A DNA stretch of 64,000 nt, taken from an uncultured archaeon. GTDB lineage: Archaea; Asgardarchaeota; Lokiarchaeia; Sigyniarchaeales; SOKP01. Positions 49,267-58,804 of this stretch are shown one piece after another (positions within the stretch are counted from its first letter, which is position 1; each line of letters begins with the position of its first letter). The notes beneath the pieces are model-generated. The model searched no databases. It was given only the letters and a program-made list of their open reading frames with translations, and was not told the origin of the DNA. Made by a program: the position numbers and the translations under genes. The DNA is taken from contig CAZALK010000002.1 in the NCBI GenBank assembly GCA_964486045.1, positions 32,001 to 96,000 on the forward strand, given 5' to 3'.

Positions 49267-50088
49267 GTGATTTATATGGATTTATCCCAAGATCAGATTA
49301 CAAGATACTCGCGTCAAATAGTACTCAAGGAAGTGGGTGGAGTAGGCCAAAAAAAGCTATTAAATTCAAAAGTTACTATAATTGGAAGTGGGGGATTAGG
49401 GTCTCCAGTTGCGTTTTACTTAACAGCTGCTGGAATCGGGAACATACAAATTGTTGATTTTGATACAGTTGACTTATCGAATTTACACAGACAAATTCTT
49501 CACTTTACTAATGATGTAAATAAGAAGAAGACCCAAAGTGCATATGAAAAGTTACATCAATTAAATCCTGATGTAAATATTGAAATTGTGGATGAAGCAC
49601 TTTTTCCGAATAATGTAAAAGAGATATTTAAAGAATCTACCTTTGTTATTGACGGTTCTGATAATATTCCGACTAAAATGCTAGTGAATGATGCTTGTAT
49701 CGGTTTGGGTATTCCTTTTAATATTGCTGGTGTTATTCGATTTAACGGTCAAATTATGACTGTTGTACCTGAAAAAAAAACTTCATGTTACAGATGTGTA
49801 TTTGGTGATATCTCTGAAAACGATCCAACTATGTCATGTTCTCAAGCGGGGGTAATAGGGTTAATACCCGGCATAGCTGGCTGTATCCAAGCTAATGAGG
49901 CAATAAAATATATTTTAAACATAGGAGATTTGATAACTAATAGGATGCTTTTCTTAGATTTATTAAAATATAGATTTAGCTTCATAAAAATAGTTAGAAA
50001 CGAGGATTGCTCTGCATGTGGGGATAACGCAAAAGATTTAGTTGAAACCTATAATTATAAGATCGGTGATGCATGTTTTGGTGAGTGA
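49267..50088 (+). CDS. MoeB/ThiF/UbaA E1-like adenylyltransferase
   Basis: RYSRQ, GSGGLG, DFDTVDLSNLHRQ, CYRC, SCSQAGV and CSAC. The start is likely ATG at 49276. Confidence 0.93.
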   Translation: MIYMDLSQDQITRYSRQIVLKEVGGVGQKKLLNSKVTIIGSGGLGSPVAFYLTAAGIGNIQIVDFDTVDLSNLHRQILHFTNDVNKKKTQSAYEKLHQLNPDVNIEIVDEALFPNNVKEIFKESTFVIDGSDNIPTKMLVNDACIGLGIPFNIAGVIRFNGQIMTVVPEKKTSCYRCVFGDISENDPTMSCSQAGVIGLIPGIAGCIQANEAIKYILNIGDLITNRMLFLDLLKYRFSFIKIVRNEDCSACGDNAKDLVETYNYKIGDACFGE

Positions 50089-50335
50089 AAAAGAGAACAA
50101 TAATATTCAAAAGTTAGATATAACTGGGAAAGTTTGTCCGATGACTTTTGTTTATACTAAACTAACTTTAGAAAAAATGAATTCTGGAGAAATTCTAGAA
50201 GTTACATTAGACTTTCCAGCTGCAGTAAAAAATGTGCCTACAAGTTGTGAAAGGCAAAATATAGGAGAATTACTGGATACTAAAACTATCGACAATGAAA
50301 AAAAAGTTTGGATTCTTACAATCAAAAAGATTTAA
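50042..50335 (+). CDS. TusA-family sulfurtransferase
   Basis: LDITGKVCPMT; true start probably 50069-50081. Confidence 0.88.
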   Translation: MKPIIIRSVMHVLVSEKENNNIQKLDITGKVCPMTFVYTKLTLEKMNSGEILEVTLDFPAAVKNVPTSCERQNIGELLDTKTIDNEKKVWILTIKKI

Positions 50336-50347
50336 GGCAAAAATGAT

Positions 50348-51376
50348 ATGACTGAGACTAAGAAGATAAAAAAAGGCAATTTGATCGGGCTTGGGTTAGT
50401 CTCTGGAGGATTAGATAGTTTAACTGCTTGTCTTTTGCTTAAACAGCAAGGGATTGAAATAATAGGACTAAATTTTAAATCTCCCTTTTGTCTTTGTGAT
50501 AAAGCGCTTAGTAATTCAGAATGTGGATTAAATTTATTCCATGAAAAACTTGGCATAAAGGTTTATAATTTATCCAAAGGAGATGATTATCTAGAAATTG
50601 TTCGTAATCCTAAGTTCGGTCACGGTAAGAATCTTAATCCGTGCATTGATTGCAGAATATACATTTTAAAAAAAGCAAAAGAATTTAACAAAAAAATTAA
50701 AGCTGATTTTATTTTCACTGGAGAGGTTCTTAACCAAAGACCTAAATCTCAACATCGGGAGGCACTTAAAATAGTTGAAAAAGAATCAGGACTAGAAAAA
50801 AAGCTATTAAGACCTCTATCTGCCCTAGAAATGGAGCCAACTATTTATGAAGAACAAGGGTTAATAGATAGAGCGAAATTATTAGGGATAAAAGGAAGAA
50901 GTAGAAAAAAACAAGTAGAATTAGCCAAAAAACACGGAATTCTCAACGAATACTATGCATGTGGTGGTTGTTTATTGACAGACATACACTTTTCAAGTCG
51001 GATGAGAGATTACTTTAAATATAACGTCATATTAAGGATGGAAGATGTCAGGATTTTAAAGTACGGACGCCATTTTCGTTTCAATAACTCAAAAATAATA
51101 GTGGGGCGAAATGAAGTAGAAAACAATATACTACTCCAACTTAAAAAACCTGAAGATTTAATATTAGAAGTAAAAACCGAGGTTGGACCAATAACGATAA
51201 TTCAAGGTGAAATAGATGATAACGTATTAAACTTTGCTGCAATGCTCACATTAAAATACTCCGATTTAAAAAGTTCAAAAGGAACAGTAATTTATGGAAA
51301 TAATTATCAAGATTTAGATAAAGAAATTAATGCTGGAATAAGAGACAAAATTATACTAGAAGAATTTAGCTTATAA
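50348..51376 (+). CDS. PP-loop tRNA thiouridylase-like protein (ThiI/MnmA-related)
   Basis: SGGLDS, NPCIDCR, TGEVLNQRPKSQ, LRPLSA, GGCLLTD and GRHFR. Confidence 0.8.
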   Translation: MTETKKIKKGNLIGLGLVSGGLDSLTACLLLKQQGIEIIGLNFKSPFCLCDKALSNSECGLNLFHEKLGIKVYNLSKGDDYLEIVRNPKFGHGKNLNPCIDCRIYILKKAKEFNKKIKADFIFTGEVLNQRPKSQHREALKIVEKESGLEKKLLRPLSALEMEPTIYEEQGLIDRAKLLGIKGRSRKKQVELAKKHGILNEYYACGGCLLTDIHFSSRMRDYFKYNVILRMEDVRILKYGRHFRFNNSKIIVGRNEVENNILLQLKKPEDLILEVKTEVGPITIIQGEIDDNVLNFAAMLTLKYSDLKSSKGTVIYGNNYQDLDKEINAGIRDKIILEEFSL

Positions 51377-51601
51377 CGAATTCTATTGTTTTTTTGAAGT
51401 TTAACAACTGAGCTGAGAAGGGGTAATTTTCTCTTAATAATAATTTCATTTCAGCTTTAAATATGTGTGATTAAGATTTTTCCTTGAGAAATCAATTTGT
51501 GTGTATAAACATTACGTATTTATCGCATTTAGATAATATATAAATAAAGCTTCTATTTCTATTGACATACAAGAGAACTTAATATTATTCTAACAAATTT
51601 A

Positions 51602-54600
51602 GTGTGTATTATTATGATTTCTAAAAAGAAAAATTTTTTTGAGAATTCTGATAACTTTATATCTCTCATTACTGAAGTGACAAACGATTTGCTAGTTGTA
51701 ACTCAAACTGATTATAACTTTAAAATTCAATTTATTAATGATTGTATCTTCTTGGAGAGATTAGGATATTCACGTAATTCAATAGAAGAAACTTCATTTT
51801 TGAATTTAATATATCTCGATGATGTTGAGAAAACAGTGAATTATTTAAAAAATAATATAAATTCTACGGCTCAATCACAAGAAATAAGAATCAAATCAAT
51901 GAAGGATAAATTTATTTGGGTTGAAATTACGGCAAAAAAATTTACTTATGGGGCTACTGATGAACAGATTTTGATAAATCTAAGAGATTTAACAAAACAA
52001 AAAGAAATTGAAGGTAAATTAAAAGAATCAAAACAAAAATTTGAAATATTTAACGAAAGATATCAGAATCTATTTAAAAATATGTTTGTAGGTTTCGCCT
52101 ATCACAAAATTATCGTGAATAAAGAGAATAAACCAATTGATTATGAATTCTTAGAAGCAAATCCTGCTTTTGAAAAACTTACTGGTTTAAAAGTAGATGA
52201 AATAGTTGGCAAGACTGTTAGAGAAATATTACCAGGAATAGAAAATGATCCTACAGATTGGATCGGGAAATATGGTAAGGTCGCACTATCGGGAATTCCA
52301 ATAACCTTTGAAAGCTATGCAGAACCTCTCGATCAGTGGTTTAGTATTACTGCATATTCCCCCAAAAACGAATATTTTGCTGTTATATTTACGAATATTA
52401 CTAAACACAAAAAAGCAGAATATGAGCTAAAGGAATCCGAAAACAAATTTAGGACCTTATTTGACAATGTTGGAGATTCTATAATAATTGTCGATCTTGA
52501 CAGTAATATACTTGAAGTTAATAAGACGGCATGCAAACACTTAGGATATTCTAAAGATGAATTGCTAAAAATGACACCAATGGATTTAGTGACTCCTGAA
52601 TATGCGGTACTTATTCTAAGTCGAATAAAAGAATTAACCCAAAAAGGTAGTGCTTTTTACGAGAGCATTACTGTTTCTAAGGACGGTGAAATACGTCCAG
52701 TTGAAATAAGTTCAAAAATTATTAATTATAAAAATGAAAAAGCAGTTCTTAGTGTAATTAGAGATATTACTGAACGAAATAGAGCAAAAGAAAAATTAAA
52801 AGAATCAGAAGAAAAATACCGATTAATTTCTGAAAATGCAAATGATATGATTGTAGTTCTAAATGATAAATTCGAATATGAATATCTTAATGAAAACATG
52901 CATAAACATTTATTAGGTTATTCAAAAAATGAGTTATTAGGAAAAACTCAATTGCATTTAATACATCCAGATGATTTAAAGCAAACAATCATTGCAACTA
53001 GTAGAATTTTAAGGAAAGGGAAAGGATCCCATCAAGTTAGGTTCTTACATAAGAATGGATCTTATAAGTGGTTAGAAATAACAGGCAAAACTTTTTTTGA
53101 TAGTAGAGGTGATAAAAAGGTTTTAGCAATATCAAGAGACATTACAGATCGTAAAGAAGTAGCAAAGAAATTAGAAGAATCAGAAGAAAAGTATCGATCC
53201 TTGTTTGAAAATATGAATGTTGGTTTTGCATATCATGAGGTCCTTGTTGATGACGAGAATAAACCTATCGATTACAAATATATTGAAGTAAATCCTGCCT
53301 TTGAGAAATTGACTTCCTTAAAAAAGGAAGATTTAATTGGGAAAACTGTTACTCAAGTATTACCTGGAATAAAGAATGATCCTGCAGATTGGATTGGTAA
53401 ATTCGGGAATGTTGGACTCACGGGAATTCCTTTAAATATAGAAGAATATTCAGAACCAATAAAAAAATGGTATAAAGTTTCAGGTTATTCTCCTAAGAGA
53501 CGGTTTTTTGCAGTAACGTTTACAGATATAACTGATCAAAAAGAAGTTGAAAGCAGAATCAGAGAATCTGAGGCTAAATATCATGATTTATTTGAAACAT
53601 CTCCTCTTGGAGTAATTCTTACTGATTTAAAAGGAGATATTATAGAATGCAATTCTGCTATCGAAGATATCACAGGATATCCGATTGAGAAATTCATTGG
53701 TAAAAACATCAGGGATTTAAGTATTTATTATGAAAATGGGCTTAAAGTCTTATTAGAAGGATTTAAAGACCTGTTAAACCAAAATAAATTGGAATATGTT
53801 GAGTTTCAGATAAAACATAGAAACAATCGATTAAGATGGGTTCAATTAAAGTCGAGAATCGTGAAAAGAAAGGAAGAAAGTTTCATTTTATCTGTTGTAA
53901 ATGATATTTCTACACAAAAAACGGCAGAAGAAGCATTAAAAGAAAGCGAAAAAAAATATAGAGACTTATTAGATAGTTCATCAATAGGTGTTATGGAAAT
54001 AGATGTCATAAACAACAGGATTTCCTATATTAATCCCAGATTATTAGCTATTATTGGTTATAAAAAAGAAGAATTAACAGGAGTGGCAATCCGTGATAAA
54101 ATTATCCATCCAAATGATTTAAGTAAATTAATCCCATCAAGTGAGGAAACAGATCTAGAATTTAGAATTATTGATAAATATGGAAATCTGAAATGGTTAA
54201 ATGGGAAGAAAATTCCTCACTTTGATGAGAATAAGGCTATAGTTAGTGTTAGATTTTGGCTAGATGATATTACTGAGAAAAAAATGTATGAAGAGCTTAT
54301 CTATGAGTTAAATATCAATTTCTTAAATTTTACCGCAGATATTAGAAATAATATAGAATTATTATTAAACACAGGGCTTAAATTACTAAATGGGGATCTT
54401 ATCCTGTATGCTCATAAGAATAGTTCAGATGGGGAAGAAAATTATCAGCTAATATCTTCAGATAATGAATCCCTTGTTTATACCCCTGAGGATTTTTTTG
54501 AGAATCTCTTTATAAGCGAGATCTTCAAGGAAGAACACGATTTTCCTCAATCATATTTTGATGTTGATAAAAAAAAATATGCAAGAACCGATCCATTTCT

Positions 54601-55513
54601 CAAAAAAAACGGAATTAAGGGTTGCTTTGGAAAAATTATCAGATCTCAAGACGACTTAGATAATGTTGTCTGTGTTTATTATAAAGAAAATCCTAAAATT
54701 ACTGGTCAAGATAAATTAGTAATGTTTTTAATTTGCGATGCAATCGAAATTGAACAAAGACGATGGCAAGTACAACAAGATTTAGAAAAACAAAACATTA
54801 CCTTAAATAAAATGAACCATTTGAAAACTGAGTTATTTTCGAGGACGTCTCATGAATTAAAAACTCCTTTGATATCAATTAAAGGCTTTACTGAACTTTT
54901 GCTAACACTCCATAAGTCTAAATTAGATACTGAAATGATATCAATTTTAGAAGAAATAAAAGAAGGCAGTAAACGTCTAGAAAAAACTATCAATTTGCTC
55001 CTTGAAGGTACGAAATTAGAAGCAGAACAATTAGAATTGAATCTTAGGGACGATGATTTAGCATTTCTAATAAAATTTTGCGTTAAGGAATTAAAGGGAC
55101 TCGCAACGCTTAGAAATCAAAATGTATCAATTAACTTACATGATGAATTAAAGACCGAATTCGACAAGGAAAGAATTTATGAGGTTATGTCAAATTTACT
55201 TCTTAATTCAATCAAGTATACACCACCAGGGGGAGTAATCTCAATTTTCTCTGAATCAAATGATAATTTTTATATAATTTCAATAAAAGACAACGGAATA
55301 GGATTTACAGAAGAAGAAAAAACCCAAGTTTTTAAGCAATTTGGAAAAATTGAACGTTACGGTCAAGGATGGGATGTTGCTATAGAAGGAACCGGTCTTG
55401 GGCTTTATATTACTAAAAAATTAGTTGAATTACATGGTGGAAAAATTTGGCTTGAATCGGAGGGAAGAAATAAAGGAAGTACATTCAAATTTTCCCTTCC
55501 AAGGAGAAATTGA
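51602..55513 (+). CDS. Soluble multi-PAS sensor histidine kinase (about 7 PAS, GAF-like, HisKA, HATPase)
   Basis: Repeated DIT/ESEEKYR linkers, SHELKTPL, NSIKYT, DNGIG and GTGLGL; no TM segment. Confidence 0.93.
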   Translation: MCIIMISKKKNFFENSDNFISLITEVTNDLLVVTQTDYNFKIQFINDCIFLERLGYSRNSIEETSFLNLIYLDDVEKTVNYLKNNINSTAQSQEIRIKSMKDKFIWVEITAKKFTYGATDEQILINLRDLTKQKEIEGKLKESKQKFEIFNERYQNLFKNMFVGFAYHKIIVNKENKPIDYEFLEANPAFEKLTGLKVDEIVGKTVREILPGIENDPTDWIGKYGKVALSGIPITFESYAEPLDQWFSITAYSPKNEYFAVIFTNITKHKKAEYELKESENKFRTLFDNVGDSIIIVDLDSNILEVNKTACKHLGYSKDELLKMTPMDLVTPEYAVLILSRIKELTQKGSAFYESITVSKDGEIRPVEISSKIINYKNEKAVLSVIRDITERNRAKEKLKESEEKYRLISENANDMIVVLNDKFEYEYLNENMHKHLLGYSKNELLGKTQLHLIHPDDLKQTIIATSRILRKGKGSHQVRFLHKNGSYKWLEITGKTFFDSRGDKKVLAISRDITDRKEVAKKLEESEEKYRSLFENMNVGFAYHEVLVDDENKPIDYKYIEVNPAFEKLTSLKKEDLIGKTVTQVLPGIKNDPADWIGKFGNVGLTGIPLNIEEYSEPIKKWYKVSGYSPKRRFFAVTFTDITDQKEVESRIRESEAKYHDLFETSPLGVILTDLKGDIIECNSAIEDITGYPIEKFIGKNIRDLSIYYENGLKVLLEGFKDLLNQNKLEYVEFQIKHRNNRLRWVQLKSRIVKRKEESFILSVVNDISTQKTAEEALKESEKKYRDLLDSSSIGVMEIDVINNRISYINPRLLAIIGYKKEELTGVAIRDKIIHPNDLSKLIPSSEETDLEFRIIDKYGNLKWLNGKKIPHFDENKAIVSVRFWLDDITEKKMYEELIYELNINFLNFTADIRNNIELLLNTGLKLLNGDLILYAHKNSSDGEENYQLISSDNESLVYTPEDFFENLFISEIFKEEHDFPQSYFDVDKKKYARTDPFLKKNGIKGCFGKIIRSQDDLDNVVCVYYKENPKITGQDKLVMFLICDAIEIEQRRWQVQQDLEKQNITLNKMNHLKTELFSRTSHELKTPLISIKGFTELLLTLHKSKLDTEMISILEEIKEGSKRLEKTINLLLEGTKLEAEQLELNLRDDDLAFLIKFCVKELKGLATLRNQNVSINLHDELKTEFDKERIYEVMSNLLLNSIKYTPPGGVISIFSESNDNFYIISIKDNGIGFTEEEKTQVFKQFGKIERYGQGWDVAIEGTGLGLYITKKLVELHGGKIWLESEGRNKGSTFKFSLPRRN

Positions 55514-55674
55514 AAGTTTCCTCAAAATCCCAATTCCGTCTTATTTTAAATTTTTAATATTATCTGATAGTCAATAGAAGATTTAGAAGAATTGGACTCC
55601 TAATTTTTTTTAAAACTTGTTTTTTATTATTATATTGATGTTGATTTTATTAACCCTTTCCTGCAAAAATAAAG

Positions 55675-55920
55675 GTGAGAAGAATTAAAGGAGATAAGGA
55701 AGACCATGAACTAGAAGAGATAGAAGAAGTCAAAAAGTATTTTAAAAGAAACTATTCAATATTTTCAAAAAGAGTTCGAGAGTTACTAATGGATTTAGAG
55801 CTTCCTGAAAATAGAAAAAAACTTCTAATAAAGGAACTAGCTTTTTTACCAGAAAAAAAACAGATTAAATATATTGAAGAACTTTGCAGAATTTCCAACG
55901 TTAAAATTAGAGATTCTTAG
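55675..55920 (+). CDS. Small helical hypothetical protein
   Basis: 81-aa ORF; its C-terminal half resembles the tail of 1260..2597. Confidence 0.55.
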   Translation: MRRIKGDKEDHELEEIEEVKKYFKRNYSIFSKRVRELLMDLELPENRKKLLIKELAFLPEKKQIKYIEELCRISNVKIRDS

Positions 55921-56391
55921 ACGTTTCTTTTTTTAAAATTAAATTTTAAGAAAAGCATTTAATTTCTTGAATATTGGGGTTAAAAATAAAATATTTTTAT
56001 TAAAACAATATAAATTTAAAAAGTTGAGATGTAAATTAAAAGCCTTTCTTAATTTTAATGTCATTAAGTATGAGAAATAACTAAATTTGTATATTTTATT
56101 TTAAATTTCTTTAATTAATTTTTTATGATAAACTGTTTTACCCAAATTGAGGAGTTTTTGATTAAATTGAAACAAATTAGGAAGTAAAGTATATTACAAT
56201 TAAATACTAAAATCTTTACAACGAATATGATTATATGATTGAATTTGCTGAAAATCCAGTAAAAGAGAGATAATCTCTTCTATTGAAAAAAAAAAAATGG
56301 ACTTAGAAGTAAGTTTAATTCTGAAACCGAACAATTCAAATACTAAAAAAAATTTTAAAATAAAACAAATTTTATAAAAAGGATTTTCAAT

Positions 56392-57303
56392 ATGAAAAAG
56401 AGAATCATAGGAATATTATTTTTTTTTATAAGTGCCGTTACACTACTTTTCGTTCTAAACGCAACCGCAATCCCTCCTTATGGAAATGATCACAATTCTG
56501 CTTCATGTCATAATTCTCTCTCTGGAGCGTATACAATTACAACAAATACAACAGATATAATTACAGCAGATAATTCTTCAGTTATTAATATTGAAATAAC
56601 AGCCACAGGATCAAATTTATTTGTACAGGCTCGATTTAATGCAAAAGATAATGATGAGTTCGTAATTACAACTCTTAAACTAGAAGATAACACCGGATAT
56701 GATACAAATCCTAGTTTAAATGCAATGACAGTTGTTTTTAATATCACTACTCCAGCAACTGATGCTTATTACACTCTTTTTATCATAGCTGGAGATGACT
56801 TAGCTGGTCGGCCAGAGTTTGCTTATGCAAATATTGGGTTTAGTATAGGCGGAGTTCTTCCTCCGACAATTCCTATTGATTACATTGGAATAATTTTCTC
56901 TCACACAGCTAATTTTATTATAGGCGGAATAGCTATAATTACTCTCGCAGTTGGTACTGTCTTGTATTTAGTTAATCAAGAAAAATTCACTAAATCTCAT
57001 GGTCTTCTAGCTGGTACATCATTAATTTTCACGACAATCAACATAGTAGCAATAATTCCGTATTTAGCAAAACAGGGAGTCTTACTAGGTGTGGTTCAGT
57101 CATTACCCCTAACCTTTTTGCATATCATTTTAGGGACAATAGGATATGCAGCGGGAATCATAGCTTTTATAGCTGGGTTAAGCGGACATAGATCGAGAAT
57201 ATACGGTTTTATTGCTTTAGGTTGTTGGAGTTTTAATTATATACAAGGTTTTCTATCACTAATGGCTGCATTAAGTATAGTTCCAGCGGGGTTTATATTA
57301 TGA
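56392..57303 (+). CDS. Exported HNSASCH-motif domain plus 4-TM His-containing membrane domain (paralog of 44586..45476)
   Basis: Signal peptide; DHNSASCH at 56491-56511; shared ITATG.NLFVQ, TTPATD.YYT, KSHG and HIILG. Confidence 0.7.
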   Translation: MKKRIIGILFFFISAVTLLFVLNATAIPPYGNDHNSASCHNSLSGAYTITTNTTDIITADNSSVINIEITATGSNLFVQARFNAKDNDEFVITTLKLEDNTGYDTNPSLNAMTVVFNITTPATDAYYTLFIIAGDDLAGRPEFAYANIGFSIGGVLPPTIPIDYIGIIFSHTANFIIGGIAIITLAVGTVLYLVNQEKFTKSHGLLAGTSLIFTTINIVAIIPYLAKQGVLLGVVQSLPLTFLHIILGTIGYAAGIIAFIAGLSGHRSRIYGFIALGCWSFNYIQGFLSLMAALSIVPAGFIL

Positions 57304-58781
57304 GTAAAACGAAATTTAAACTTTCAAGGAATCTCTCTGATATAAAGGCATCCTATTCAAAAATCAAAGAAGCAGGAATTGACTTCTCTCGCACATTATC
57401 CGAAAGGATTAGTTCAAGCGGTGATACAACTGGAACCCCATTTTATCATTTTCGGTGGAAACAACACTTTTTAGCTGATTATATAGCGTATCCTAAAAAC
57501 GATGAAGATATTATGAAGATAGTTCAATTGGCAAATGAATATACTATTTCAGTTACACCTAGAGGTGCTGGTAGCTGTTACTATGGATCTGGATCACCGA
57601 CTAATGGTGGTGTTGTAATTGATATGAAACGAATGAAAGAATGTCATATCAATAGAGATAACATGACCGCTACCGTTCAAACTGGTATCTGTTTCTCCCG
57701 ATTAATGGACCTTCTCGACGAACAGGATTTAGAATTAGGGTGTTATCCAACAAGCGCTCTTACAACAACCTTAGGTGGTTGGATTGGAACGGGGGGAGTA
57801 ATGGGTATTGGAACTTTACAAAATGGGCCTTTCTCAGATCAAATGGTTTCAATGAAAGTGGTAAGTCCAACAGGGGATTTAAAAGAATATGACAAAAAAG
57901 TTGATTTTGATCAATTTTTTGGTAGTAATGGAATTTTTGGAATAGTGACTGAAGTTGTATTAAAAGTCTTTCCTAAATCGAGAAAAATTGTTCCTCTTCT
58001 GCTTGGGTTTGAATCTCTGGGGGAATTATTAATGTCTATCAAAGATATACTTTCTAAAACAGACCCTTTTGTATTAAGGTTTTCAGATAAATATCATGAA
58101 TACAATTGTTCTGGTCTAAGTAGACACTCGCATTATATTTTTCTTTTATACAATGGGAGAAACAGGGATTTGGATGAAGATGTGAAAGAAGCTTTAAGGT
58201 TAGTAGAAAACTATAACGGAACTTTTTTAGGTAACAAGTTTTCAAACAGTACTTGGGATGATTATTTAAAACATGAATTAAAAATTAAACTTGAAACACC
58301 TGTCCAAATGCTTCAGCAAATTTATATTAATTTTGAAAAGACTGAATCCATTATTACCTATTTCGAAAAGTTGATAAAGAAAAATAAATTAAACCATTGC
58401 TTTTATGGGCTTATCAATAGAGATAATAATGTTAGACTTTGTCTTTATACCCCAACCGACAACGAATATTGGATGCATTTTATAGCAAGCAAGGCTGTTA
58501 TCAGTAGGGCTGTTAAATATGCATATAAGCTTGGTGGAAGAATTTATACTTACGGTCTTCAAAATACGATTTATTTACACAAATTCGAGAAAAATAAACT
58601 GAAGAGATTAAAAGAAAAAAAAGCAGAAGTTGATCCTAACTATATATTAAATCCACTTAAAATTGTGAAGTCAAAGATAAGTTTCTGGCGCGTCAATAGC
58701 ATGTTCGAGCTAATGTTGCGTTGGAGAAGGTGGGCTGTAAGACTAGGTCTTGCTAAAGAAATTCTAGTTCTAGATATATAA
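57300..58781 (+). CDS. FAD-binding oxidoreductase (paralog of 45508..46995)
   Basis: VTPRGAGS, GGVVID, GSNGIFG and VDPNYILNP; ATGA overlap with the upstream gene. Confidence 0.82.
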   Translation: MSKTKFKLSRNLSDIKASYSKIKEAGIDFSRTLSERISSSGDTTGTPFYHFRWKQHFLADYIAYPKNDEDIMKIVQLANEYTISVTPRGAGSCYYGSGSPTNGGVVIDMKRMKECHINRDNMTATVQTGICFSRLMDLLDEQDLELGCYPTSALTTTLGGWIGTGGVMGIGTLQNGPFSDQMVSMKVVSPTGDLKEYDKKVDFDQFFGSNGIFGIVTEVVLKVFPKSRKIVPLLLGFESLGELLMSIKDILSKTDPFVLRFSDKYHEYNCSGLSRHSHYIFLLYNGRNRDLDEDVKEALRLVENYNGTFLGNKFSNSTWDDYLKHELKIKLETPVQMLQQIYINFEKTESIITYFEKLIKKNKLNHCFYGLINRDNNVRLCLYTPTDNEYWMHFIASKAVISRAVKYAYKLGGRIYTYGLQNTIYLHKFEKNKLKRLKEKKAEVDPNYILNPLKIVKSKISFWRVNSMFELMLRWRRWAVRLGLAKEILVLDI

Positions 58782-58804
58782 AATAAAGGGAAATTGAGCG
58801 AAAA

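Noticed and set aside
51411-51456. AGCTGAGA...TTTCAGCT inverted repeat as an ncRNA or SECIS
   Set aside because: Short imperfect stem, no SECIS core, and no upstream in-frame TGA gene; at most a terminator-like hairpin.
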